64,000 nucleotides of DNA, taken from assembly GCA_963662335.2 (NCBI GenBank), contig CAXXVD010000002.1, positions 448,001-512,000 of the forward strand, given 5' to 3'. Below are positions 18,750 to 28,621 of this stretch, in pieces (the first letter of the stretch is position 1; every line of letters starts with the position of its first letter). The position numbers were made by a program, and so were the translations under genes. Below the pieces are notes generated by a model. That model made no database searches. It was not told where the DNA came from and was given only the letters and a program-made list of their open reading frames with translations. The DNA is from Chloroflexota bacterium. Lineage in GTDB: Bacteria; Chloroflexota; UBA11872; VXOZ01.

Positions 18750-20258
18750 TCAGGCCGTTGCCCAGTCGCGGGCGCGGCTGACGGCGCGTTGCCAGGTCGC
18801 ATAGCGGGCTTCGCGTTCGTCGGCGCCGATTTGGGGTTCGTAGCGCTGCGCGACGCGCCACTGCGCGGCCACAGCCGACGTATCCGGCCAGAAACCGACG
18901 CCCAGGCCCGCCAGATACGCCGCGCCCAGCGCGGTGGTCTCCGTGACCGCGGGCACGACCACCGGAATGCCAAGCAGGTCGGCTTGGGTCTGCATCAGGA
19001 GCGCGTTGGCTGCCGCGCCGCCGTCCGCGCGCAGTTCCCGCAGCGCCACGCTCGATTCCTCCTGCATCGCCTGCGCCACGTCGCGGGTCTGAAACGCGAT
19101 CGCATCCAGGGTGGCGCGGGCCACGTGCGCCTTGGTAGACCCCAGCGTCAGGCCGAGGATCGTGCCGCGCGCCGCCGGATCCCAGTAGGGCGTGCCGAGG
19201 CCCGTGAAGGCGGGCACCACGACCACGCCGCCGGTGTCGGGCACCGTGTGGGCCAGCGTCTCGCTCTCCGCCGCGCTGCCGATGACGCCCAGTTTGTCGC
19301 GCAGCCACTGTACCGCCGCGCCGGCCACGAAGACCGATCCCTCCAGCGCGTACGCCGGGCCGTGCGCCGCGGCCGCCACCGTAGTCAGCAGGCCGGACTC
19401 CGAGTGCGCGGGCCAGCCGCCGGTGTGCGCGAGCAGGAAGCAGCCGGTGCCGTAGGTATTCTTAGCGTGGCCGGGCCGCCAGCACGTCTGGCCGAAGAGC
19501 GCCGACTGCTGATCGCCGGCAACGCCCGCAATGGGAATTGCCGCGCCCAGCACCGCCGCGTCGGTCTCGCCTATCACCCCCGTCGAGGGCGCGACTTCCG
19601 GCAGGGCTTCACGCGGAATGCCAAAGAGCGCCAGCAGTTCTTCGTCCCAAACCCGCGCGTGAAAATCGTAGAGCATGGTGCGGGAGGCGTTGGTCGGGTC
19701 GGTGAGGTGTTGCCTGTGTCCCGTGAGGTTGGCGATGAGCCAGGCGTCCACGGTGCCCAGGCAGAGGTCTTCCCGCGCCGCCAGTTCCCGGGCGCGGGGG
19801 ACGTTGCGCAGGAGCCACTCGAACTTGGGGCCGGAAAAGTAGGCGTCCAGCACCAGGCCGGTCTTGCGGCGTACCTCATCGGCCAGGCCCGCCGCCGCCA
19901 GTTCCTGGCAACGCGCCGCCGTGCGGCGGCACTGCCATACGATCGCGTTGGCTAGCGGCTCGCCGGTGGAGCGCTGCCAGGCGAGGGCGGTCTCGCGCTG
20001 GTTGGCGATGCCAATTGCCGCTATCTCGTCCGGCGCAACCGCCGTTTCATGCAGCACGGCCTGGATGGACTCACGCTGCGTCCGCCAGATGTCGCGGGGG
20101 TCGTGCTCCACCCAGCCGGCTTGCGGGTAGATTTGCGGCAATTCCCGCCCGGCGCTGCCCACCACGCGCCCGGCGGCGTCGAAGAGCATGGCGCGGGACG
20201 AAGTGGTGCCCTGGTCCAGCGCCAATACGTACGTGCTCACGGCAATCCCCTTTCGCAT
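18750..20258 (-). CDS. glpK: Glycerol kinase (true start may be the GTG about 7 codons downstream)
   Basis: LALDQGTTSSR, NQRET, IVWQCRRT, NASRTML, GDQQSALFGQ, KNTYGTGCF, YALEGS. Confidence 0.96.
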   Translation of the reverse strand: MRKGIAVSTYVLALDQGTTSSRAMLFDAAGRVVGSAGRELPQIYPQAGWVEHDPRDIWRTQRESIQAVLHETAVAPDEIAAIGIANQRETALAWQRSTGEPLANAIVWQCRRTAARCQELAAAGLADEVRRKTGLVLDAYFSGPKFEWLLRNVPRARELAAREDLCLGTVDAWLIANLTGHRQHLTDPTNASRTMLYDFHARVWDEELLALFGIPREALPEVAPSTGVIGETDAAVLGAAIPIAGVAGDQQSALFGQTCWRPGHAKNTYGTGCFLLAHTGGWPAHSESGLLTTVAAAAHGPAYALEGSVFVAGAAVQWLRDKLGVIGSAAESETLAHTVPDTGGVVVVPAFTGLGTPYWDPAARGTILGLTLGSTKAHVARATLDAIAFQTRDVAQAMQEESSVALRELRADGGAAANALLMQTQADLLGIPVVVPAVTETTALGAAYLAGLGVGFWPDTSAVAAQWRVAQRYEPQIGADEREARYATWQRAVSRARDWATA

Positions 20259-20827
20259 TCGCCGAGGCTGTTGCGTATCCCTGGCGGTTCAACCCGCTTG
20301 CAGCGCTGTCGCTTGCGCCGATACTACCTTCATCACAATAGTACTGGACTGCGAAGTATCTTGCCAAGACGGTGAGCGCCCTTGGTTGCCAAGCGGCGGT
20401 GTCCCTGTGGCTGCCAAATGGCGGCGCCCGTCAGCGGTTGCCAAGAGGCGGGGGACAAGCCCAATGTTGTCGCATTAAGCAGAACGACAGCAAGACTCGC
20501 GTGCGAAACGTCCGGTAGCGCAGGTTCGCAACCTGCGAAGCTGTTAGGTCAATCCTGTGCGTGCCAGTTTCAATAGCTCCGGCGGGGGACAAGCCCCCGC
20601 GCTACTCTTGGTTCACCCTCTTGGTGGGAGAGGACTAGGGTGAGGGAGAGAGTGCTCGCCAGCGGGGCACAAGGCCCCGTGTTGCGATTCTAGATTCCTC
20701 GCTGCGTTCGGAATGACATTAGCTGTCAACACCCCTAGTGAAGAATATCTTGTCAGCGAATTGCTCAACACTAACAAGGAATGACGTGAACTTGCCTGCG
20801 CAAAGCGTGATCCAGTACCAACACAGC

Positions 20828-21499
20828 CTAGCCGCGCCGCGCGCCGATCGCGATTTTCGCCGGCAATCCCCAGAGCTTCTCTTCCTCGCTGTGGGCGATT
20901 GTGAATCCGGCCTCTCGCAGCGCCCGTTCCACGTAGATGGGCCGGCAGTCGATATACTGAGTCATGCGTTGCGCCAGCCACTCGTAGAGCCGCAGCATGG
21001 GCGGCGTTCCCTCTTCCCGCGACAGGCTCACCACGCCCAGCCGGCCGCCCGGCCGCAAGACGCGCCGGACTTCACCGAGCACGCGCGGCATTTCGGGCGT
21101 ATCGAACAACTCGAGGGTAAAGCTCATGAAAGCGGCGTCGAAACTCTCGTCGGTGTAGGGCAGCGCCGCGGCGTCGCCGCAGTGCAACGCAACTCTCTCC
21201 AGCAGTCTCGCCCGCGCCAGCCGCCGCCGGCTCACCGCCGCCATGCCGGGCGAGATGTCGATGCCGCACACCCGTCCCCGCGCGCCCACGGCCGCGGCGA
21301 TCCGCTCCAGGGCGTGCCCCGTGCCAAAGCCGATTTCCAGCACGGCCTCGCCTTCCGCAATGCCGAGCCTTGCCAGCGCCAGGGTGCGCAGCCGCCGCTC
21401 GAACGCGCCCGCAAACAGGTCGTACGAGCGACTCATCCGGTCGTAACTCGCGCGCGCTTGGGCCTTGGTGCGGGAAATGCGGAGCATGTCGTCGCTCAC
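20828..21499 (-). CDS. Class I SAM-dependent methyltransferase (UbiE-like)
   Basis: VLEIGFGTG, GIDISPGM, GDAAALPY, RVLRPGG. The upstream part of the tracked ORF is REP-derived. Confidence 0.9.
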   Translation of the reverse strand: MSDDMLRISRTKAQARASYDRMSRSYDLFAGAFERRLRTLALARLGIAEGEAVLEIGFGTGHALERIAAAVGARGRVCGIDISPGMAAVSRRRLARARLLERVALHCGDAAALPYTDESFDAAFMSFTLELFDTPEMPRVLGEVRRVLRPGGRLGVVSLSREEGTPPMLRLYEWLAQRMTQYIDCRPIYVERALREAGFTIAHSEEEKLWGLPAKIAIGARRG

Positions 21500-21845
21500 A
21501 GCTATCCTTTCGCGTATGCCGGCGCGCCTGAGGCCGTGGGTAGAGTATGCCACGGGCGCGTGATGCCGCGCCTCTTCACGCCGGTAGCGCGGGGGCTTGT
21601 CCCCCGCCGGGTTGGCCGCAGTGCGCCTAGGATTTCCCGTAGCCGTCCAAGACGGATTCCCGCGTTCGCGGGAATGACGGATTGTAGCGCGGGGGCTTGT
21701 CCCCCGCCTCTTCGCTTCCCAACGGACACGGTCTCCACCACATCCCTTTGGCCGCGCCGCCTTGCCCGCAGCCGCGCGGCGGCGTATGCTATGGGCAGCG
21801 CGCAACTCACGCCTGACCCCGCAACGAGTGACAGAGATTCTCCCC

Positions 21846-24548
21846 ATGAGCCAACCCTCCGCCGATTCGCTCGTCCTCATCGACGGACACTCCATCGTCC
21901 ACCGGGCGTTCTTTGCCGTGCCGGATACGTTCACCAGCGCCTCCGGCGAGGCCACCAACGCGGTCTTTGGTTTCACGAACACGCTCCTCTACGTCATCGA
22001 CAAGCTCAAGCCCAAGTACGTGGCCGTGGCGTTCGATCTGCCCGGCCCCACCTTCCGCCACGAGCAGTACGCCGACTACAAGGCCACCCGGCCCGAGGGC
22101 GACCCGCAACTCTACGCGCAGATGGGCCGGGTGCGCCAGGTAGTGGAGACCTTCAATATCCCGATTTTCGCGGTGGAAGGCTACGAGGCCGACGACGTGC
22201 TCGGCACGCTTTCCCGCCAGGCGGCGGCGCAGCGGATTCCCACCTACATCGTCACCGGCGATACCGACGCCTACCAACTGGTGGACGACACGGTGCGCCT
22301 GCTGGTGCCCCGGCCCCGCTCCGGCGAGTTGGCCGAAGTCGGCGCGCCCGAGGTGGCGGCGCGCTTCCAGGGTCTGACGCCCGCGCAAATCATCGACTAC
22401 AAGGCGCTGGTCGGCGACACCTCCGACAACGTGCCCGGCGTGCGCGGCATCGGCCCCAAGACCGCCGGGACGCTCCTGCAGAAATACAACGACATCGACG
22501 GCATTCTGGAAAACCTCTACGAACTGCCCGCGCGCCAGCAGAAGGCGCTGGAACAAGGCCGCGCGCAGCTCGCGCAAAGCCGGGACCTGGTGACGATCGT
22601 GCGCGACGTGGACATCACGCTGGAACCGGCGGCCAGCGAACTGGGCAACTACGACCGGGAAGAGGTGCTGGCGCTGTTCCGGGAGTTGAGTTTCCGCTCG
22701 CTGCTGGACCGGTTGCCGCAGCCGGCCGGCGCGGCGGCGGAGCAGGCGGCGCTCTTTGGCGAGGTAGCGGCTCCCGCCGCGGCGCGGGTGCTGGCGGATG
22801 CCGGCGCCGTCGAGGAGTTTTGCGCCGCGTTGCGGGACGTGGGCGAGGTGGCGGTGGCGCCGGTCCTCGAGCCGGAGCCGCCCGCCTGGCCTCACCTGCG
22901 CGGGCTGGCATTCGCGTGGGGCGATAGCGACACGGCCTACGTCGACCTGGCCAACCCGGCGGCGCTCCCGGCGATCGCGCCCGCGCTGGCCGATCCGCGC
23001 ATCCCGAAAGTGGCATTCGACGCCAAGACGCTGGGCCTGGCGCTGCTGGCGCAGGGCGTCGGCGTGGCCGGCGTGGCGTTCGATTGCCACCTGGCCGCGT
23101 ACCTGGCCAACCCCACCGGCAGCCGCGCTCATACCTTGCAGCACATCGTCTTCGATAGCCTCGGCGCGACGCTGGAGGGCGTGGACGCGCTCCGCGACCG
23201 CAAGAAGTCGCTGGCCGCCGCCGACGGCGCGAAACTGGCGCAGGCGGCCGCCCAGGAGGCCGGGGCGCTGCTGCCCCTCCGCGCCGCGCTGGCCAAGGAC
23301 CTGGACGCGCGGGACGTGCGCGCGCTGCACGACGACCTGGAATTGCCGCTGGCTACGGTGATTGCGCAGATGGAGCGTGACGGCATCGCCGTGGACGTAG
23401 ACCTGCTGCGGGAACTCACGGCGGACATGGCGGCGCGCATCGCGGAGATCGAAGCCGCCATCTACACGGAAGTTGGCGGCGAGTTCAAGATCAACTCGCC
23501 GAAGCAACTCGGCGACGTGCTGGTAGAGAAGTGCAATATCCCCTTGACCAAGAAGACCAAGACGGGGTTTTCTACCGATTCCTCGGTCTTGGAACCGCTG
23601 CGCGACTCATTCAAGATCGTCGATCTCGTGCTGGCGTACCGCCAACTCACCAAGCTCAAGTCCACCTACCTCGACGCGCTGCCAACGAAAGTGAACCCGC
23701 TGACCGGCCGCATCCACACCTCGTTCGAGCAGACCGGCGCGGCCACGGGACGGCTCTCGTCCAACGACCCCAACCTGCAGAATATCCCCATCCGCACCGA
23801 CGAGGGCCGGAAGATTCGCAAGGCGTTCGTGGCCGGCGCTGCGGGCCAGGTCTTGCTGGCCGCCGACTACTCGCAGATCGACCTGCGCGTGCTGGCGCAC
23901 CTGAGCCAGGACGAGGAACTCTGCAAGGCCTTCCGCAACGAGGAGGACATCCACACCTTCACCGCCAGCCAACTCTTCGACGTGGCGATGGATGGGGTCA
24001 CCGCCGCCATGCGGCGCACGGCAAAGACCGTAAACTTCGGCATCATCTACGGCGTGACCGCCCACGGCCTGGAACAGCGCACCGACCTGGACTACAAGGC
24101 GGCGGAGGAATTCATCGAGAATTATCTGAATACCTACGCCGGCGTGCGCGACTACACCGAACGAACGAAGCAGTTTGCCCACGAGCACGGCTACGTGCAA
24201 ACGCTGCTGGGCCGCCGCCGCTACCTGCCGGAACTGAACGCCTCCAACTACAACGTGCGCCAGGCCGGGGAGCGCATGGCGATCAACATGCCGGTGCAGG
24301 GCACCTCCGCCGACATCATCAAGGTGGCCATGCTCCACGTGGACGCGCAACTGGCGGCTACCGAACTGCCGGCGCGTATGCTCTTGCAGGTGCACGATGA
24401 ACTGGTCTTCGAATGCGACGCGGGCGCGCTGGACGCCGGCGCGGACCTGGTCGTGCCGCTCATGGAGAACGCGGTCACCCTGGACGTGCCGGTGAAGGTG
24501 GACGCCAAAGCGGGGCCAAGCTGGGACGAGATGGAGCCGCTGGGGTGA
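21846..24548 (+). CDS. polA: DNA polymerase I
   Basis: LIDGHS, YEADDV, GDTSDNVPGV, TGRLSSNDPNLQNIP, ADYSQIDLR, AKTVNFGIIYG, LQVHDEL. Confidence 0.97.
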   Translation: MSQPSADSLVLIDGHSIVHRAFFAVPDTFTSASGEATNAVFGFTNTLLYVIDKLKPKYVAVAFDLPGPTFRHEQYADYKATRPEGDPQLYAQMGRVRQVVETFNIPIFAVEGYEADDVLGTLSRQAAAQRIPTYIVTGDTDAYQLVDDTVRLLVPRPRSGELAEVGAPEVAARFQGLTPAQIIDYKALVGDTSDNVPGVRGIGPKTAGTLLQKYNDIDGILENLYELPARQQKALEQGRAQLAQSRDLVTIVRDVDITLEPAASELGNYDREEVLALFRELSFRSLLDRLPQPAGAAAEQAALFGEVAAPAAARVLADAGAVEEFCAALRDVGEVAVAPVLEPEPPAWPHLRGLAFAWGDSDTAYVDLANPAALPAIAPALADPRIPKVAFDAKTLGLALLAQGVGVAGVAFDCHLAAYLANPTGSRAHTLQHIVFDSLGATLEGVDALRDRKKSLAAADGAKLAQAAAQEAGALLPLRAALAKDLDARDVRALHDDLELPLATVIAQMERDGIAVDVDLLRELTADMAARIAEIEAAIYTEVGGEFKINSPKQLGDVLVEKCNIPLTKKTKTGFSTDSSVLEPLRDSFKIVDLVLAYRQLTKLKSTYLDALPTKVNPLTGRIHTSFEQTGAATGRLSSNDPNLQNIPIRTDEGRKIRKAFVAGAAGQVLLAADYSQIDLRVLAHLSQDEELCKAFRNEEDIHTFTASQLFDVAMDGVTAAMRRTAKTVNFGIIYGVTAHGLEQRTDLDYKAAEEFIENYLNTYAGVRDYTERTKQFAHEHGYVQTLLGRRRYLPELNASNYNVRQAGERMAINMPVQGTSADIIKVAMLHVDAQLAATELPARMLLQVHDELVFECDAGALDAGADLVVPLMENAVTLDVPVKVDAKAGPSWDEMEPLG

Positions 24549-24555
24549 GGGGGAA

Positions 24556-26136
24556 CTATCCCCGCCGCAGCGCCCGGCCCGGGCGCGCGCCGGTGGGCGC
24601 GCCGTCCGCAATCACCGGCGCGCCGTTCACGAGCACGTGCTCGATGCCCACCGGGAATTGGCGCGGGTTCTCGAACGTGGCGCGGTCAATGACGGTAGCG
24701 GGATCGAAAACCACCAGATCGGCGGCCATGCCGTTGCGGACGATGCCCCGGTCGTGCAGGCCAAAGCGCTGCGCCGGCAAGCCGGTGAAACGCCGTACCG
24801 CATCTTCCAGCGTAAAGAGACCGAGTTCGCGGGTGTAACGGCCCAGGAAGCGCGGGTAGGTGCCGTAGGCGCGGGGGTGCGGCGAACTGCCCATCATGAT
24901 GGCGTCGGTGGAACCCATCTGGGCGGGATGGCGGATAATTGCCTGCACGTCGGCCTCGTTGCCGAAGTGGAAGGTGAAGCCGATGTCCAGCGCGCATTCG
25001 TCCAGCAGCCGCAGCAGGAGCGCGTCCGGCGCGGCGCCAACCTCGTCGGCCACGTCCGCCAGGCGGCGGCCCTCCCATTCGCGGTAGCGCGCCGGGCCGA
25101 TGTGCGTAATCTGCATGCGGGCGTAGAAATCGCGCTCGCGCCCCTGGATTTCGTCCAGAATCTGCGCCATGACGCGGGGCGAGCGCACCCGCCGCAGCAT
25201 GGCCTGCGGCCCGTCCGCGCCCATCCAGAGCGGCAGCACGAACATGCCGGTAGTGGAACCGGCGGGATAGCAGTAGGCGTCGAACGTGACGTCGAGGCCC
25301 TCGGCGCGGGCCGCGTCCACCAGCGCCAGCCGTTCGCTGCTGAGTCCCCAGGTGTCCTTGCCGGAAATCAGATAGTGGGCAATGTGGACCGGAATATCGG
25401 CCTGGCGCGCCACGTCCAGCGTCTCGTGCACCGGGTCGAGGAACTGGTCGCCCAGGTGGTAGCGCATGTGGGTGTTGTAGACGCCGCCGTGGGCCGCCGC
25501 CGCCCGGCTGATGACAACAAGCTCTTCCAACGTGCTGAAGACGTGCGGGTGGTACGAGAGGCCGGTGGCGAAACCCACGCAGCCCTGCTCCATCGCCTCC
25601 GCCGCCAGCCGCGCCATCTGCTTCAGGTCATCCTCGCTCGCGGCGCGGTTTTCCCAGCCGATCACCGCCAGCCGCAGCGCGTTGTGGGGCACCTGGTAGG
25701 CCACGTTCACGGCGGCTTTGCGGTCGAAGCGCTCCAGGTATTCGGGGATGGTCTGCCACGGCTCTACGTCCGCCGGCAGGCCGCCGTTGATGGCGTGGTA
25801 GAGTTGCGCGGTTTCGCGGAGGTGCGTAGGCGACATGGGCGCGTAGCCGATGCCGTCGGAGCCGAGAATCTCGGTGGTAATGCCCTGGGCGACCTTGGGC
25901 GTGTGGTCCGGCTCCCGCAGCAGGATCAGGTCCGAGTGGTTGTGGACGTCGATGAAACCGGGACAAACTATTTTCCCCCCGGCATCGATCACAGTCTCCG
26001 CGGTACAGGTATCCAACCGCCCGACGGCTTCGATGCGGCCCCGGCGAACGCCAACGTCGGCCCGAAACCACGGGTTGCCCAAACCGTCGATGACGCGGCC
26101 GTTGCGAATGAGGAGGTCGAAGGTCATGGTGTACAC
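24556..26136 (-). CDS. N-acyl-D-amino-acid deacylase family amidohydrolase
   Basis: PGFIDVHNHSD, PHPRAYGTYPRFLG, ADLVVFDP, GARPGRAL. Confidence 0.9.
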   Translation of the reverse strand: MYTMTFDLLIRNGRVIDGLGNPWFRADVGVRRGRIEAVGRLDTCTAETVIDAGGKIVCPGFIDVHNHSDLILLREPDHTPKVAQGITTEILGSDGIGYAPMSPTHLRETAQLYHAINGGLPADVEPWQTIPEYLERFDRKAAVNVAYQVPHNALRLAVIGWENRAASEDDLKQMARLAAEAMEQGCVGFATGLSYHPHVFSTLEELVVISRAAAAHGGVYNTHMRYHLGDQFLDPVHETLDVARQADIPVHIAHYLISGKDTWGLSSERLALVDAARAEGLDVTFDAYCYPAGSTTGMFVLPLWMGADGPQAMLRRVRSPRVMAQILDEIQGRERDFYARMQITHIGPARYREWEGRRLADVADEVGAAPDALLLRLLDECALDIGFTFHFGNEADVQAIIRHPAQMGSTDAIMMGSSPHPRAYGTYPRFLGRYTRELGLFTLEDAVRRFTGLPAQRFGLHDRGIVRNGMAADLVVFDPATVIDRATFENPRQFPVGIEHVLVNGAPVIADGAPTGARPGRALRRG

Positions 26137-26204
26137 CCTAAGGCTGGATGATGGTGAGACACGGATTGACGCTAATCAAGCGGTACCTTCGAGTAGTTGG
26201 CGCC

Positions 26205-27101
26205 CTATGCGCCGGAGAGCGACTGCTCCGCTTCGGCTTTCGCTTCAGATTCCTGCAGGCCATCGAGAAAGACCGCGTCTTTCATGACCAAATCGCGTGC
26301 AAAAGGCTTAAGTCCGCTCTCCGTGACTACGTCTACCTTACGCTGAAAGTAATCCTGCAGGAAGTGCTGAAGTCCAAAGAGGTTGTCAGCCGTCATGTGA
26401 CCGTTCGGAATGTCAACGAGAATGTCAATGTCGCTGCCGGCGCGCGCGGCGTTGCGGGCAACCGAACCAAAGACCCCAATGCGGCGTACGCCAAACGACC
26501 GCAGTCTTGAACGAACGCCGTAAAGCGCCGCCAGCACGATTTCTCGTGCGGGCGCTATCTCGCCCTCAGTGAGCGCACGTAAGCGCTCAGCGTCTAACTC
26601 GCGTTCTACCCCCGGTCTTGGCCGCCAAACTGTAGCGCGGGGGCTTGCCCCCCGCTCCTCTGCCTGCCTAACCGTAGCGCGGGGGCTTGTCCCCCGCTCT
26701 GCGGCGCCCCCGGTTGAATCCATCGCTGGCTCGGCGCTAAGTACGCTCTCCAGCAGCGCGAGAAGACTCGGCGCAAGTTCCGTCGCAGCTTTCCATACTA
26801 GCTCATCGTCCGTAGGCGCGAGCGACGGCGTCAGATGATTGCGCAAGTCGTCAATCTGTCGCCACGGGAATTCCGTGTGCTGCGTCTTGCAGTCGTCCGA
26901 TACACGTTGAGCCGCCTGACCGACGATCTCCATAATCCGTTCCGTGGCGGCGCGCAGCGTAGAGTTCTCCGCCGCCGTGTATTCCGCTACACTGACGCCG
27001 GAAACCAGGGCTATCGCCATCCTGGAAGCATCCGCCATGTGGAGCAACCGCACTCGATCCACTTCGGTCATCATGCGGACATCCTTCGACCCAACTGTCA
27101 T
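26205..27101 (-). CDS. Fusion of HepT/DUF86-like HEPN domain and MntA-like minimal nucleotidyltransferase
   Basis: N-term DRVRLLHM..ATERIMEIVGQAA..FPWRQIDDLRN; C-term GVFGSVARN..SDIDILVD..KVDVVT; REP-encoded linker. Confidence 0.8.
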   Translation of the reverse strand: MTVGSKDVRMMTEVDRVRLLHMADASRMAIALVSGVSVAEYTAAENSTLRAATERIMEIVGQAAQRVSDDCKTQHTEFPWRQIDDLRNHLTPSLAPTDDELVWKAATELAPSLLALLESVLSAEPAMDSTGGAAERGTSPRATVRQAEERGASPRATVWRPRPGVERELDAERLRALTEGEIAPAREIVLAALYGVRSRLRSFGVRRIGVFGSVARNAARAGSDIDILVDIPNGHMTADNLFGLQHFLQDYFQRKVDVVTESGLKPFARDLVMKDAVFLDGLQESEAKAEAEQSLSGA

Positions 27102-27355
27102 CGAAGCGCCGAGCCCACGCCCATCGTTAGCATACCATTAGGCGAATCGACGCGCCGCCAAGCACTTTGCCGAGATGGTGGGCGCGGTTTGCGGCAAGAA
27201 GCGGGGGACAAGCCCCCGCGCTACGGTGATGGTGGGCGCGGTTTGCGGCTAAGAGCGGGGGACAAGCCCCCGCGCTACGGCTTGTTCGCTGGGATCAAGT
27301 GCACGTGCAGCACCCGGGGCGCTAGGCAGGTCCAGTTGACTAGCGGCCGGCGCCG

Positions 27356-28324
27356 CTACGGCAAATATCGCTTTGGAAACTTGGCCACCACCGTATAGTT
27401 CGGGTCCACCACGTTGCCGACGCGGGTGCGGCCCACCTGGGAGACGACCTGGAAGGCGTCCCAGAGGTCGAAGCCGAAGTCGGCGGCCAGCCAGCGGATG
27501 AGTTCCACGTGGGCGATGCGGTAGGCGTCCATGAGCGGGCGCGTGTTGGCCGCCACCATAATCCACTCGTCGTCCGCGAAGCGCGGCCAGTTGATAGGCT
27601 CGCGCTCCTTGTATACGCCCACCTCCACCTCAACTTCCGCCGTAGTTTCCAGCGCCACGCCGCAGAGTTCGCCGTCGCCCTGGGCCGCGTGCACGTCGGC
27701 GAATTGCAGGTACGCGCCCTTGACGAAGACCGGCAGGTAGACCGTCGTGCCCGGCCCGGTTTCCACGCAGTCCATGTTGCCGCCGTGGTTGGCGGACGAG
27801 AGCGTGCTGACGTGTTCGCCAAAGCGCGGCGCGACCCCGATGCAGCCGAGAAACGGGTGGCACGGGATGGTGATGCGGCCCAGTTTGCTCTCCGGCAGAT
27901 CCAGGCTTGCCGTTTGGTTCGCGTGGTCGAGTTCCCAGTGGTAGTACTTCTGCGGCAGCGGCGGGTTGAGGCCGGTCGGGCCGCCGGGGTAGTCTTCCAC
28001 GCCCATGGCGCCAAAGCCGGGATTGTAGCGCGAGAACGCCCAGTCCCGGTTCAGGTCTACGCGCAGGATGCGGACGCGCAAGATGTCGCCCACGTCGGCC
28101 TCTTCCACGTAGTAGGGGCCGCACTGCGGATTGGATTGGCGAAACTCGGTGTCGGGACGGCTGTGGCGCTTTGCTTCCGCCAACTGCTCGCCGTTGCTGT
28201 CCCAATGACCGGCGTCCACAGTCTTGACGATCACGCGGTCGCCGGCGTTGATGCGCAGCGCCGGTTCGTGCGGGCCGAACGTGTAGTAGTAGATGTCCGG
28301 TTCGTGCCGGTGTACGGTAGCCAT
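27356..28324 (-). CDS. Acetamidase/formamidase family protein
   Basis: NPQCGPYYVE, PFLGCIGVAP, HGGNMD, DVHAAQGDGE. Confidence 0.9.
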   Translation of the reverse strand: MATVHRHEPDIYYYTFGPHEPALRINAGDRVIVKTVDAGHWDSNGEQLAEAKRHSRPDTEFRQSNPQCGPYYVEEADVGDILRVRILRVDLNRDWAFSRYNPGFGAMGVEDYPGGPTGLNPPLPQKYYHWELDHANQTASLDLPESKLGRITIPCHPFLGCIGVAPRFGEHVSTLSSANHGGNMDCVETGPGTTVYLPVFVKGAYLQFADVHAAQGDGELCGVALETTAEVEVEVGVYKEREPINWPRFADDEWIMVAANTRPLMDAYRIAHVELIRWLAADFGFDLWDAFQVVSQVGRTRVGNVVDPNYTVVAKFPKRYLP

Positions 28325-28621
28325 GTGATGCGCCTTTCTCTGTGATGTGAGGCTTTATTCGTCCAGCTGTTTCGCGTTGTTCCGGGAACCGGCGTCCCGC
28401 TACGATCGTCATTCCGGCGAAAGCCGGAATCCAGTCCCCCGGCCCCGCCAGTCCCTACGGCAAGGAAGTCTGTCACCGCCTATACCGGGGAAACACCCTC
28501 CGCAACTTTGGAGGATTCAGGGGGGCAAGCGGGGGACAAGCCCCCGCGCTACGGCTTGTTCGCTTTTCTCTTGCTCCGGCGGGGGACAAGCCCCCGCGCT
28601 ACGTCCCAACTTCCTTCCAAG

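Noticed and set aside
12561-24548. Inteins or introns in nrdJ or polA
   Set aside because: Protein lengths and motif spacing are normal; no C..HN/C splice or LAGLIDADG motifs were seen.
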